A stretch of 64,000 bases of DNA, from positions 90,956,001 through 91,020,000 of the forward strand of contig CM059432.1 in the NCBI GenBank assembly GCA_030390025.1, in the 5' to 3' direction. Below the pieces are notes generated by a model that saw nothing but the letters and a program-made list of their open reading frames with translations, searched no databases and was not told the origin of the DNA. The translations under genes were made by a program, and so were the position numbers. Below are positions 13,289 to 25,858 of this stretch, piece by piece (the first letter of the stretch is position 1; every line of letters starts with the position of its first letter). The stretch is from Squalus acanthias. Its lineage: Eukaryota.

Positions 13289-13633
13289 GTAAGTAGTTGT
13301 ATCATATCTACATTTGAATATCTTCTGTTGCATTTCAGTTGTTCATTTGATATCCTTTTAACATGTTGACAATTTCACTGCATACAATGAGCTTTCGCAA
13401 AGTTTCTCTGTTTAGGAAGCCACTGATATGAACCAGGAAAATTATGTTTAATATTTCTGAAGTGTCATTATTGCAACAGATTCAATCAAAATCAAAACAT
13501 TTAGAATGGGTTATACCCTTTTATTGTGATTGTAAAGAAGATTTATTTTGCAATAATAAAAAATAAATGTGCAAAGACCTACAGTAATCCACAACTTTCC
13601 TATTATACTTTGAATAATAAGCTTGGTTTCCTA

Positions 13634-15540
13634 GGGGGCTAAATTGGACAGGGTCCGAAAACGGGTGCGGGGATCGTGCACACGTTGCTTCCGATGCAGG
13701 CAGCATGCCAACTTTGTGCTGCCTGCTAATTAACATGATTGCAGTGTGCAGCCAGTGCTAACCGAGCTGTTGAATGGCTGCATGCCTCAGCAAGGGGCCC
13801 AAAATTGTGAGAGGCTAGTAATACTTAAAGCTAGCCTGCACTACTTAAAGCCAGCCTGCACCTCTTAAAGGGGAGGTGCATTGTGGCTGGAGCAGGTGGT
13901 GGAAGTCAAACTCATTCTGACGTGGAAAAAGACTGAATAATGGCACAAAATGGCAGAGAGCAAGCACCAAGATTCTCGGACGCTGCACTGGAGGCCTTGG
14001 TGGAGGAGGTGGAGAGGAGGAGAGATATGTTGTATCCACAGGGAGCCAGGAGGCCATCCAGACACACGCTCAGAAGGCAGTGGGACCAGATAGCCATGGC
14101 GGTCAACACCAGAAGTCAAGCCCCGAGGACTTGGATGCAGTGCCGCAAAAAGTTCAATGACCTCACACGAGTGGTCAAAGTCAGTGAATATATCTTCAAA
14201 TGCCATATCCCATCAACTGCACCACTAGCCTCAGCAACTGCTCAATGCACCACAACCCCATCACTCACCTACCAACAATCTCTATCAATCAGGACTCATA
14301 CCTAACATGAACAGCTTTACCTCACCCTCACACAAATAGCACTACTGCAAGCCTCACACCCTCATCTCACAGCTTGCACACACTATCAGCTATTCAACCA
14401 TGAAAACCACATCACCCAAACGGATTGCACCACACTCACTGACACACTTCCCTCTCTGTTGCAGGACAATGTGGCACACAAATGGATGGAGCAGGACCTA
14501 ACGGGTGGGGAACAGGCGCGGCTGCATGTCCTCGCTCCCATGGAGGAGATGGTGCTCACCATCATTGGAGTGGCCATTGCTGAGGCCGTGGCCAGTAACA
14601 GGGCTGAAACCATATAAGATGACGATACCTAATACTCCTTCTCACATCCCACTTCCCCCTCATCACATAATCTCTTTTGATTTACAAGCTTCTGACAGTG
14701 TAAGCATGCACCTCTTACTTCCCCCCCACCCCACCTCCTTACCACAACCCTACCCTTGTGCCGTTCTCCTTTCAGATACCCAAGAACTGCAACCTGGCAG
14801 TGGTGGAAGAGCAACAGCTGGAAAAGCAAGATGACAGTGATGATGAAGAAACACCGTCACTCGATTTCACACTCGCAGCCACCAGCTCAGATACTGACAC
14901 TGCGTGTAATTGAGAGGCTAGCATAGAGGCAGGATGTGCACGTGGTGAGACACCGGGCACAAGCGCGCTGCAGCCAGGGCATGGGGCAAGGGTAGAGGAG
15001 GTGCTAGCTTGTGAGGTTACACATGTGTTCTGCTGCAGAGGACTCAGATGAGCACTTTGATGGGGCAGACTACAGAAGAAGACTGATGGGCATGCATAAT
15101 GAAATGCTTGATGCATTGGCAGGCCTGCCAGAAAGCCTGCGTGCAATGTCAAGGAGCATTGAGGAGTCCAGCACCAACTTGGCAAAGGGCTTTGCACAGA
15201 GCTTGGAGCCCATCCTTTCCAGCATGGAAATGATGGCCAACTCCATTAGTGCACTTGTGGACCAAACCATGATGCAACATCTGATGGCCGATGTCTCAGC
15301 TTCCATTGCAGCACAAGCAGCAGCCACCCAACATCTGGGTGCTGCAGTGGAAGCTCAGACTTCTGTCAGGCAAGGTCAGCTTGCTGTCATGCAATCTCAG
15401 CCTGCTGTCATCATGGCTGCGGATACCTGTGTTCAAAGGGGCTTGCAGGGCGTCACAGCAGTCCAGCAATCTGTCCTCAAACAGAATACTAGGATTGCTG
15501 AGGGCACCGCCCCAGGAGAGTAGCAGTAGCTCCATGATTT
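13634..15540 (+). mobile_element. Harbinger transposon fragment (Myb-gene end), truncated by a LINE
   Basis: Terminus 'gggggctaaattgg' is followed by a 'cttaaagggg' motif and then the three-exon Myb-like gene. Confidence 0.8.
13940..15523 (+). pseudogene. Harbinger Myb/SANT-like DNA-binding protein gene (exons ~13940-14179, 14465-~14627, 14776-15523)
   Basis: MAQNGREQAPRFSDAALEALVEEV...QWDQIA..V...RTWMQCRKKFNDL is a Myb/SANT-like (trihelix-type) domain. Acceptors 'ctgttgcag' and 'cctttcag'. Later exons have a stop and frameshifts. Confidence 0.85.
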
Positions 15541-18406
15541 TGACCCAGCGACATACCTCCAAGTCAGGGATGGAGTGTGACTTGGAGTTGAACTTGAAGA
15601 TGATGGTGATCCCATGCACCTGCTGCCCTTGTCCTTCTAGGTGGTAGAGGTTGTGGGTTTGGGAAGTGTTGTCAAAGAATCTTGGCGAGTTGCTGCAGAG
15701 CATCTTGTAGATGGTACACATTGCAGCCACGGTGCGCCGGTGGTGGAGGGAGTGAATGTTTAACGTGGTGGATGGGGTACCAATAAAGCGGGCTGCTTTG
15801 TCCTGGATGATGTCGAGCGTCTTGAGTGTTGTTGGAGCTGCACTCATTCAGGCAAGTGGAGAATATTCCTTCACACTCCTGACTTGTACCTTGTAGATGA
15901 TGGAAAGACTTTGGGGATTCAGGAGATGAGACACTCACCACAGAATATCCAGCCTCTGACCTGCTCTTGTAGCCACAGTATTTATGTGGCTGGTCCAGTT
16001 AAGTTTCTGGTCAATGGTGACCCCCCAGGATGTTGATGGTGGGGGATTCGGCGATGGTAATGCTTTTGAATGTCAAGAGGCAGTGGGTAGACTCTCGCTT
16101 GTTGGAGATAGTCATTGCCTGGCACTTGCGTGGCGCGAATGTTACTTGCCATTTATCAGCCCAAGCCTGAATGTCGTCCAGGTGTTGCTGGACTGCTTCA
16201 TTATCTGAGGAGTTGCGAATGGAGCTGAATACTGTGAATCAGAGAACATCCCCACTTCTGACGGAGGGAAGATCATTGATGAAGCAGCTGAAGATGGTTG
16301 GGCCCAGGACACTGCCCTGAGGAACACCTGCAGTGATGTCCTGGGGCTGTGATGATTGACCTCCAACAACCACAACCATCTTCCTTTGTGCTAGGTATGA
16401 CTCCAGCCAGTGGAGAGTTTTCCCCCTGATTCCCATTGACTTCAATTTTACTCGGGCTCCTTGATGCCACACTCGGTCAAAGGCGTCATTGATGTCAAGG
16501 GCAGTCACTCTCACCTCACCTCTGGAATTCAGCTCTTTTGTCCATGTTTGGACGAAGGCTGTAATGATGTCTGGAGTTGAGTGGTCCTGGCGTAACCCAA
16601 ACTGAGCATCGGTGAGCATGTTATTGGTAAGTAAGTGCCACTTGATAGCAATGTCGACGGCACTTTGCTGATGATTGAGAGTAGACTGATGGGACGGTAA
16701 TTGGCCAGATTGGATTTGTCCCGCTTTTGTGGACATACCTGGGCAGTTTTCTACATTGTTGGGGAGATGCCAGTGTTGTAGCTGCACTGGAACGGCCTGG
16801 CTAGAGGCGCAGCTAGTTCTTCAGCACAACAGCTGGGATGTTGTCGGGGCCCGTAGCCTTTGCTGCATTCAGTGCTCTCAGCCGTTTCTTGATATCACGT
16901 GGAGTGAATCGAATTGGCCGAAGACTGGCTTCTGTGATGGTGTGGACCCCAGAATAAGGCTGAGATGGATCATCCACTCGGCACTTCTGGCTGAAGATGG
17001 TTGCAAACGCTTCAGCCTTGTCTTTTGCACGCACGTGCTGGGCTCCGCCATCATTGAGGATGGGGATATTCCTGGAGCCTCCTCCTCCTGTTAGTTGTTC
17101 AATTTTCCACCACCATTCACAACTGGATGTGGCAGGACTGCAGAGCTTCGAGCTGATCCGTTGGTTGTGTTATCGCTTAGCCCTGTCTATAGCATGCTAC
17201 TTCTGCTTTTTAGCATGCATGTAGTCCTGTGTTGCAGCTTCCCAGGTTGGCACCTCATTTTTAGGTACCCCTGGTGCTGCTCCTGGCATGCTCTTCTGCG
17301 CTCCTCATTGAACCTAAGTTGGTCCCCTGGCTTCATGGTAATGGTAGAGTGAGGGATATGCCGGGCCATGAAGTTACAGATTGTGGTGGAAAACAATTCT
17401 GCTGCTGCTAATGGCCCACAGCACCTCATGGATGCCCAGTTTTGAGCTGCTATGAATCTATCCCATTTAGCATGGTGGTAGTGCCACACAACATGATGGA
17501 GGGTGTCCTCAGTGTGAAGACGGGACTTCGTCTCCACAAGGACTGTGCGGTGGTCAATGCTACCAAAGCTGTCATGGACAGATGCATCTGCCACAGGTAG
17601 ATTGGTGAGGATGAGGTCAAGTAGGTTTTCCCCTTGTGTTTGGTTCTCTCACCACCTGTTGCAGGCCCAGTCTGGCAGTTATGTCCTTCAGGACTCGGCC
17701 AGCTCAGTGGTGCTACCGAGCCACTCTTGGTGATGGACATTGAAGTCCCCCACCCAGAGTACATTCTGTGCCCTTGCTACCCTAAGTGCTTCTTCCAAAT
17801 GGTGTTCAACATGGAGGAGTACTGACTCATCAGCTGAGGGAGGGCGATAGGTGGTAATCAGCAGGAGGTCTGGGACATTGGCTGAACGGTATGATTCTGT
17901 GAGTGTGACTATATCAGGCTGTTGCTTGAGTAGTCTGTGGGACAGCTCTCCCAATTTTGGCACAAGTCCCCAGATATTAGTGAGGAGGACCTTGTGGGGT
18001 CGACTGGGCTGGGTGTGCCATTGTCGTGTCCAAAGCCAGTGCCTAGGTCGATGCTAGATGGCCTGTCCGGTTTCATTCTTATTATTGTTTTTCATAGTGG
18101 TTTGGTATAACTGAGTGGCTTGCTAGGCCATTTCAGAGGGCAGTTAAGAGTCAACTACATTGCTGTGGGTCTGGAGTCACATATAGGCCAGACCAGGTAA
18201 GGACGTCAGATTTCCTCTCTGAAGGGCATTAGTGATGGGTTTTCACGACAATCATGGTACTAGCTTTTTATTCCAGATTTATTTAATTAACTGAATTTAA
18301 ATTCCCCAGCAGCCGTGGTGGAGATTTGAACTCACGTCTCATGGATCATTAGTCCAAGCCTCTAGATTACTAGTCCAGTAACATAACCACTATGCTACCG
18401 TACCCC
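15540..18406 (-). mobile_element. CR1/L2-group non-LTR retrotransposon (APE + RT) with a tRNA-derived 5' head; 3' end truncated
   Basis: Reads KVLLTNIWGLVPKLGEL..DIVTLTESY, YRPPS, GDFNVHH, KATGPDNIP, QFGLRQDHST, ALDINDAFDRVWH and GVPQGSVLGP. Region 18102-18406 is a tRNA-like head with A and B boxes. Confidence 0.85.
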
Positions 18407-18546
18407 GATTCTACTCAATCTCTCCTCATAGGACCATCGCCCCATCCCAGGAATCAGTCTAGTGAACCTTTGTTGCACTCCCTCTAAGGCAAGTGCATCC
18501 TTCCTTAGGTAAGGCGACCAAAACTGTACACAGTACTGCAGGTGTA
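18407..18546 (-). mobile_element. Short CR1 fragment
   Basis: Matches the CR1 segment at 20640-20750 plus 20961-20990. Confidence 0.7.
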
Positions 18547-19053
18547 AACTCATACTGCATCTGCTTCAGATTCTTCACCGGGATCATTATAACCAAGAGA
18601 AGCAATTTTCAAGTACTGCATCAGTCACAGAAGTAGGTTCAAAAACCATCAGCATTGACCGCCAGTACTTAGCCTGATGCAACCCCAGACTCAAAAGCTC
18701 AGGTCCTGTATCTCAGTCAAGAAAGTGCTTCAAATGTACCTTTTCATGGCAATTGGTATTTGCAGCTTGCAGAACTACTTTGATACTGACTAATTACAGT
18801 TATTTTTCAATTAGTTCCACTTTAGTATCAGTCAGTACTAATTGACTCCAATCTTCTGGGAATCCATTTGTACATTGTGAGATGGCAACAATATAGTGCT
18901 CCCCTCCTGCAGCAGGGGGAACACAGTACCAACAAAGATCCTGTGGCTTCATTAACAACTAATTCTAACATGGGGCAAGGAGGGTCCAGTACTAATTAGT
19001 ACCTGGAGTATTGTTCAGAAGAAAAGGAAAAGATGGTCTCCTTTAGATAAACT

Positions 19054-19464
19054 GGGTACGGTAGTGTAGTGGTTATGTTATTGGACAAGTGAAACAGAAG
19101 CCAGGACTACTAATCTAGTAGTTCAAATCCAACCATGGCAGTTTGAGAATTTAAATTCAGCTTTAAATAAATAAAAATCTGGTATCAGTAAAAGTGACCA
19201 TGAAGCTATTAGATTGTCATAACAAAACAACTGGTTCACTAATGTCTGCTAGGGAAGGAAACCTGCTGTCCTCACATGGTCTGGTCTATATGTGACTCCA
19301 GTCCCACACCAATGTGGTTGATGCTTAACTGCCCTCTGAAGTGACATTGCAAGCCACTCAGCTATATCAACCTGCCACCTTCTCAGGGCAACTACAGATG
19401 GACAATAAATGCTGGCCTTGCCAGTGATGTCCGCATCCTGAGAATGAATAATAAAAAAATAAAA
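19054..19464 (+). mobile_element. tRNA-derived SINE, near full length
   Basis: A box 'tagtgtagtgg', B box 'agttcaaatcc', body 'ggttcactaatgtc..agggaaggaaacctgc.gtcct..tggtctggtctatatgtgactccag', tail 'aataaatgctggccttgccag...gaatgaata' and an A-rich end. Confidence 0.85.
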
Positions 19465-20216
19465 CTTCCTTTTGGTTTGAAGACCACTTATCTTGTCCTG
19501 CCAAACATATTTGATTACTACACCCACTGAATATGAAAGAATGGTCAGCCCACGATTTATTATCTTGAGGCTCTTGTGAGGAAAGACAACCAAAAAAGAT
19601 ATCAGGGTCCAAAGTGAGTACTTAGAGGACCAGAGTTTCTTCCCCTCTGCAATTTGCTAACTTTATTGGAATTGATCTTTATTGACCTGTGCACACTTCC
19701 TTGACTTTCTGAGAAACAGTGGGAATACTTAAAGCCAGTTCAACCCCTCAAGGATTGGAAATGATTGATTACCCTTCAACTTCCCATTAACAGGCATTTA
19801 TGGCCTAGAGTCTTGACTCAATGAACCAGAAGTTTTCAGGTAGTATTACCAGTTTGATGCCCATAATTAAAAGTGAGGATTCCATCCCTCTCCCCAGTGT
19901 AGAAGCCAAGGCACTATTGGCTTCATTGATTTTTTTTTTTGTTTGGTTAGCCAGGTGTCCAGCATGCATGGAAACCCATCACCATGCCTTTGTAAAAGTA
20001 AGAAAGTGTTTAAGTTAATATAGTGACTTACCAGGTTGCTCAGGACATCCCAAAGCATTTTGCATACAAAGAATCACTTTCTTAAGTGCATATACTGTTA
20101 TTACATATACAAGCATGGAAGCCATTTTATACACAGCAAGGTCACGTAAACAGCATGGAGAAGAATGATGCTTTTTGTGATGAGAGAGAATTGATGGTAA
20201 TCGAGAGAATTCCTTC

Positions 20217-21135
20217 TTAAGAACATAAGAATTAGGAACATGAGTAGGCCATACAGCCCTTCGAGCCAGCTCCGCCATTCAATAAGATCATGGCTGATCT
20301 TCGACCTCAACTCCACTTTCCCGCCCGATCCCCATATCCCTTGATTCCTCTAGAGTCCAAAAATCTATCTATCTCAGCCTTGAATATACTCAACGACTCA
20401 GCACCCACAGCCCTCTGGGGTAGAGAATTCCAAAGATCCACAACCCTCTGGGTGAAGAAATTCCTCCATCTCAGTCTTAAATGGCAGACCACTTATCCTG
20501 AGACTATGCCCCCTAGTTCTAGACACTCAAGCCAGGGGAAACAACCTCTCAGCATCTACCCTGTCAATCCCCCTCAGAATCTTATATGTTTCAATGAGAT
20601 CACCTTTCATTCTTCTAAACTCCATAGAGTATAGGCCCAATCTACTCAATCTCTCCTCATAAGACAACCCTCTCATCCCAGGGATCAATCTCGTGAACCT
20701 TCGTTGCACCACCTCTAAGGCATGTATGTCCTTTCTCAGATAAGGACACCGGCCAATGCAGGGGTGCAGGTTCTATTGACATATTTCAGTAAACGTTTTT
20801 TAATGGCCTCCTTCTGTGCCGTTATGACTCTATAGAAATAAACTTGCAGGGCTGCGGGGATAGAGCGGGGGAATGGGACTGACTGGATTACTCTACAGAG
20901 AGCCGGCACGAACTCGATGGGCCGAATGGCCTCCTTCTGTGCCGTTATTATGACTCTATGACCAAAACTGTGCACAGTACTCCAGGTGTGGTCTTACCAA
21001 AGCCCTGTACAATTTTAGTAAGACTTCCTTACTCTTGTACTCCAACCCCCTTGCCATAAAGGCCAATATGCCATTTGCCTTCCTAATTGCTTGCTGTACC
21101 TGCATGTTAACTTTCTGTGTTTTCTGTACAAGGAC
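20217..21135 (-). mobile_element. CR1 3' fragment with nested + strand CR1 tails at ~20751-20960
   Basis: Reads QRRFTRLIPGMRGLSYEERL and FFTQRVVDLWNSLP. The insert carries two copies of 'aatggcctccttctgtgccgtta..gactctat'. Confidence 0.85.
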
Positions 21136-21464
21136 TGTTCTTCTTCTCCTATGTTACTATGAATAGTGGGATCTTTTATGTCCTGGAGTGGGAATTAATC
21201 TCACAACCTTTTGACTCAGAGGTGAGAGTGCTACCAAATCATGCAGTCTAATAGTACAGTACTGAAAGAGTGCTGCATTTTTGCAATAAGGTGTTATTTA
21301 AAAATAGTTCTTTTCTTTAAGAGTCTCAAAATCAAACTGCTAAGAAATTCACATAGTTAGATTTTCTGTTTCCTCAAAATAGAATGCATACTCTCTTCCT
21401 GTAGGGAAATACACCACTGGGGTAATACTTCATAGGAGCACCAGAACAGGTAAAGGCACACTGA

Positions 21465-23330
21465 AGACAGGCACTAAGGGAATGCACAAGGGTGATTAGT
21501 TGACTTTGTTACGTAATATTGGATGGATTGATGTATAAAGTTGGATTGGAATGTTTCTTTTGTGGTGGCTTTTATTTCAGCATTGTGGCCAGTAACAGAC
21601 GGAAGGTAAGGTAAGGTGCGGGACTATTGTTGAATGGGGAATTGGGGTTGCATTCACTGGTACCGCAGTCGGATGAGTCGATCACGGACAGCCCAAGCAA
21701 AAAGGCGTTGTCTGGGTTGCGTCCTCCCTTCCCCTTCCTCTTCTTCCCCTTCCTCTTCTTCTGCTTCCTCCTCCTCCTCTACTGCTGCCGCCTCCTCCTC
21801 CTCCTCCTCGTCATCCTCCTCCTCTTCCTCAGCTGGTCGCCATATACCTGGTGGCAAAGGCCACACCCTCATAATGGCTCAGTTGTGGAGCGTGCAGCAG
21901 ACCACGACAAATTTTGAGACGCACTCTGTTGAGTGCTACAGGGCTCCTCCAGAGCGGTCCAGGCAGCGGAAGTATTGTTTAAGGACGCCAATGGTCTGCT
22001 CTATCAGATTCCGTGTGGCAGCGTGGCTCTCATTGTACGCATGCTGTCCACATGTGGTTGGGTTGCGGAAAGGAGTCATGAGCCAGGTGGTCAGCAGATA
22101 GCCCTTGTCGGCCATTATCCACCATCTGGTTTGTCGTGGTGGCTCAAAGACTAAGGGAACAGCGGACTGGCGCAAAATAAAATCATCATGACTGCTGCCA
22201 GGATACCGGGCATTCACCATTATGCTGTGCTGAGCATGGTCACACACCAACTGCACATTCAGCGAGTGGTAACCTTTGCGGGTGCAGTACATCTCAGCAT
22301 TTACACGCGGTGCCCGCAAAGCCGCATGCGTGCAATCGATGGCGCCCATGGGGAAGCCTGCTATCTTGGCAAAGCCAATTGCACACTCCGCCTGCTTCTC
22401 TCTGGTCAGAGAGAAGACAATGAACTCCCCTCTCCTGACATAAAGAGAGTCTGTCACCTCTCTTATGCAGCAGTGGATGGCGAACTGGGAGATGTTACTG
22501 ATGTCGCCTGCTTCAGCCTGAAAGGATCCCGACGTGAGGAAATTCAGGGCCACAGTCACCTTCACAGCCACTGGCAGCGCTGTCCTTGCCCTGGTGTGAG
22601 GCTGCAGGTCTGATTGCAAGAGGTGGCAGAGTTCTGTGAGCACCTCTTTCGTAAAGCTCAGATGCCTCTGACACTGCTCCTGGCTCAGGTTGAGGTAAGG
22701 GAATTGCTCTCGGAAGACCCTAGGGGTTAAGACCTCCTGCTGAGAACCCTTCTCCCCTCCTCCTCCTCCCTCAGCGAGCAGCTTGTCCTCTTCTTCGCTA
22801 CCTCTGCCCCATCTCCCTGTGATGCTGCAGGTCAAGGGGAATGACAACTAGAGCACCCATGACTGGGAGCAAGTGGCCTGACCAGAATCCTTGAAGCCAG
22901 AACCAAGGCCTTCTCCACTTGCAGCACCACTCCCTGTCACCTCACCAACTTTAAACAACTCTAGAAAGCTCCAAACACTTCCACAAACATACACACAGCC
23001 AGTAGAAATTAATCAGCAACTAACCTTAGAGTGGTTGATGATCCCTCTAAATATCGCTGGTGGGAGGTCCTTGCTGATGATAAACACATGTTCAGCTGTG
23101 CAAGGTTAAGACAGGGCATAGCTCCAGCGTTGAGGACGAAAATAACAGCGCTGGCGTCAAATCAGCGTTGCACGCTGATTGACGTCACGATCTGCCTACT
23201 CTACGTACTTCTGGCACACACTGCTAATGCACCAGAAGTGTACGTGCACACGGCGCGGATGCCATTTTCGTCACAAAACAGCACCCATAGCGCCAAAATG
23301 TTGTGCGCTACGGAGCCGAATTTCTAGCCC
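21465..23330 (-). mobile_element. Harbinger transposon fragment (transposase half)
   Basis: TIR 'ccgaatttctagccc' ends at 23330. Collinear with the reverse complement of 5121-8750. Confidence 0.88.
21654..22860 (-). pseudogene. Harbinger (HARBI1-like) DDE transposase, best-preserved copy
   Basis: A 303-codon open stretch contains GAIDCTH, RKGYHSLNVQLVCD, YPGSSHD, ADKGY and [15 protein letters not shown] at 22860 (MGALVVIP) is out of frame with the body, and there are two in-frame stops before RDRLIRLRYQ*. Confidence 0.92.
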
Positions 23331-24810
23331 AAGATGTCTTACTGCAATTATATAGGGCCTTGGTGAGACCACACCTGGAGTATTGTGTACAGTTTTGGTC
23401 GCCTTACCTAAGGAAGGATATACTTGGCTTAGACGGAGTGTAACAAAGGTTCACCAGACTGATTCCTGGGATGGGGGGGATTGCCCTATGAGGAGAGATT
23501 GAGTAGACTAGGCCTATATTCCCTAGAGTTTAGAAGAATGAGAATTGATCTCATTAAAACATATAGGGGGAAAAATTCGGTTGCTTTGCACCTCCCGTTA
23601 GTGGCCTAAGAGGGCGCTAATGGGGCGCAAAGCAACTAGCGCCCGGGCACGGCAATGTTTGCGCCGCTCGCGAAATTGACCAGACATTTTGTGGCGACGC
23701 TAAACACTACCACCACGATCTCCTGGGCCCGCAGATCGTAACGTCAGTCGAGCGTGCAACACCCCGGTAGCGCCCCCTGCCTTACCGCCTGCTGCTAGCA
23801 ATGACAGGTTGAGGGGAGCGTTTTGCAGTCGGGAAGGGACTGGGGGAGCGTTATTTAAAGGCGACCGCTTCCTGCCTTTTTTTGTCGGCGACATTTTTGC
23901 ACCACATATTCTGAGAGAGAGAGAGAGACTTCTGGAGAGATTCAACGCTGTGTGAAGGAGTTTTGGGTACTGAGCAGCACTTTGCAGGTTCATTTTGATT
24001 TGATCTTCCTTGCATCGATTTAGAAGAGACAATGGGGGCTGCACTCTGAGCTCTTTCCCTGGGCCTCTCCATTGTTCTTTCCAGCAGATTTGATGTACAG
24101 GTCTCTCCAGGCCGAGATTCAAGGTTGCAATGAGCAGGGTGTGGATGGAGAGCAAGATCGACCCTCCCCTTTAAGAACTGGCCGGCGCCAGTGTGTCTGT
24201 GTTCCATTGCTGACTGACATCACATGAGCTTCGCCAGCGCTCTGAGGTAGCGCCTCGCTCCTTGGCATTAGCACCTTAAGAGAGCTGTGTAGCGCCTGAT
24301 TTAGTGCTCCAATCACCTCCAGGGGCGATAGAAGCCAAGTTTGCTGTCGGAGACGATAATTAACGCCAGGCGCTAAACTTTGCGCCCAGCCGATAATTGC
24401 GCCCCAAACGGGGCGACACCGAATTTCTCCCCCTAAAAATTCTTACAGGGTTTGACAGGGTAGATGCTGGGAGGATGTTTCCCCTGGTTGGGGAGTCTAG
24501 AACAAGGGGTTACAGTCTCAGAATAAGGGGTCGGCCATTTAAGACTGAGATGAGAAGAAATTTCTTCACTCAAAGGGTTTTGAATCTTTGGAATTCTCTA
24601 CCCCAGAGGGCTGTGGATACTCAGTCGTTGAGTATATTCAAGACAGAGATCGATAGATTTTTCAATACCAAGGGAATCAAGGGAAATGGGGATAGTGCAG
24701 GAAGGTGGAGTTGAGATAGAAGATCGTGATCAGCCATGATCTTATTGAATGGCGGAGCAAGCTCGAAGGGTCAAATGGCCTATTCGAGCTCCTATTTCTT
24801 ATGTTATTAT
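23331..24810 (+). mobile_element. CR1 3' fragment split by a MITE at 23566-24433
   Basis: [13 protein letters not shown]...DLIKTY lies left of the MITE and KILTGFDRVDAGRMF...WNSLP plus the tail lies right of it. Confidence 0.88.
23566..24433 (+). mobile_element. Harbinger-derived MITE family A, copy 1
   Basis: TIRs 'gggggaaaaattcgg' / 'ccgaatttctccccc' and CpG-rich subterminal gcgcc repeats. It cleanly interrupts a CR1. Confidence 0.9.
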
Positions 24811-24965
24811 GTAAAGAAGTACAGCTTGGCAACAGACAAGGCTTAGATCCCACAACTATTAGTAGGGTACTGCTGGAGTTGAACCTGCTTAAATTTTGCA
24901 ACTTTCCATAATTAAGTACTGGTAAACTTCCCGCTGCTTGTCCAGGTAGGTTCACCCTAACACTT

Positions 24966-25858
24966 GGGGTAAAAATTCACTTGGTTGCGCCACCCGTTAG
25001 CGCCTTAAGAGGGCGCTAATGGGGCGCAAAGCCGCTAACGCCCGGGCGCAGCGATGTTTGCGCCGCTCGAGAACTTAACTTGAGATTGTGCGGCGGCGCT
25101 AAAACTTACCGCTGCGACCACCTGCGCGCGCAGATTGTGACGTCATTCCATGGTGCAACGCCCTTGGGGCGCCCCGTAGCGGAAATTGAGTGGCGCCCCC
25201 TGCCTTACCGCCTGGCGCTTCCAACGACCAGAAGATTGGAACGCTATCAATCGCTGTGGGGCTGGGGGGGGCGCTATTTAAAGGGGGCCTCTTCCTGTCT
25301 TTTATTGTTGGTGGCATTTTTGAACTACGCATTCTGAGAGAGAGAGGGAGAGACTTCTGGAGAGATTCAACGTTGTGTGAAGGAGTTTTGGGTACTGAGC
25401 AGCACTTTGCAGGTTCATTTTGATTTGCCATTCCTTGTATCGATTTAGCAGAGACCGTGGGAGCTGCACTCTGAGCTCTTTGCCTGGTGCTCTCCATTGT
25501 TCTTTCCAGCACATTTGATGTGCAAGTCTCTCCAGGCCGAGATTCAAGGCAGCAATGAACAGGATGTGGATGGAAAGCAAGATTAACCATCCCCTTTAAG
25601 AACTGGCCCGTGCCATTGTGTGTGTGTTCCATTGCTGACTGACATTACATGAGCTTCGCCAGCGCTCCGAGTTAGCGCCTCACTGCTCGGCCTTTGCGCC
25701 TTAAGAGAGGTGTGCAGCGCCTGCTTTAGCGCTCCACTCACCTCCCGGGGCGGTAAAAGTGAAGTTTCCCGTCAGTGCCGATAATTAGCGCCAGGCGCTA
25801 ATATTTGCGTCCGGACGATATTTGCGCCCCAAATGGGGCGCGACCTAATTTCTACCCC
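24966..25858 (+). mobile_element. Harbinger-derived MITE family A, copy 2
   Basis: TIRs 'ggggtaaaaatt' / 'aatttctacccc'. Collinear with copy 1. Confidence 0.88.

Noticed and set aside
18300..19140. Functional tRNA genes
   Set aside because: A and B boxes are present, but there is no credible cloverleaf, and both heads continue into SINE body sequence.
18550..20000. Degenerate LTR-type reverse transcriptase on the minus strand
   Set aside because: Only a vague resemblance. I could read no clear catalytic motif, and its position is not collinear with the integrase relic.
21936..22847. Domesticated HARBI1 host gene or an active transposase
   Set aside because: It lies inside a TIR-bounded element with other copies in the window. 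The ATG is out of frame and there are two premature stops.
23851..24207. Novel small protein conserved in three copies (MEHRHTGAGQFLKG...)
   Set aside because: The similarity comes from MITE copy number. Start codons and frames differ among copies, and the segment is better explained as fused 5' UTRs.
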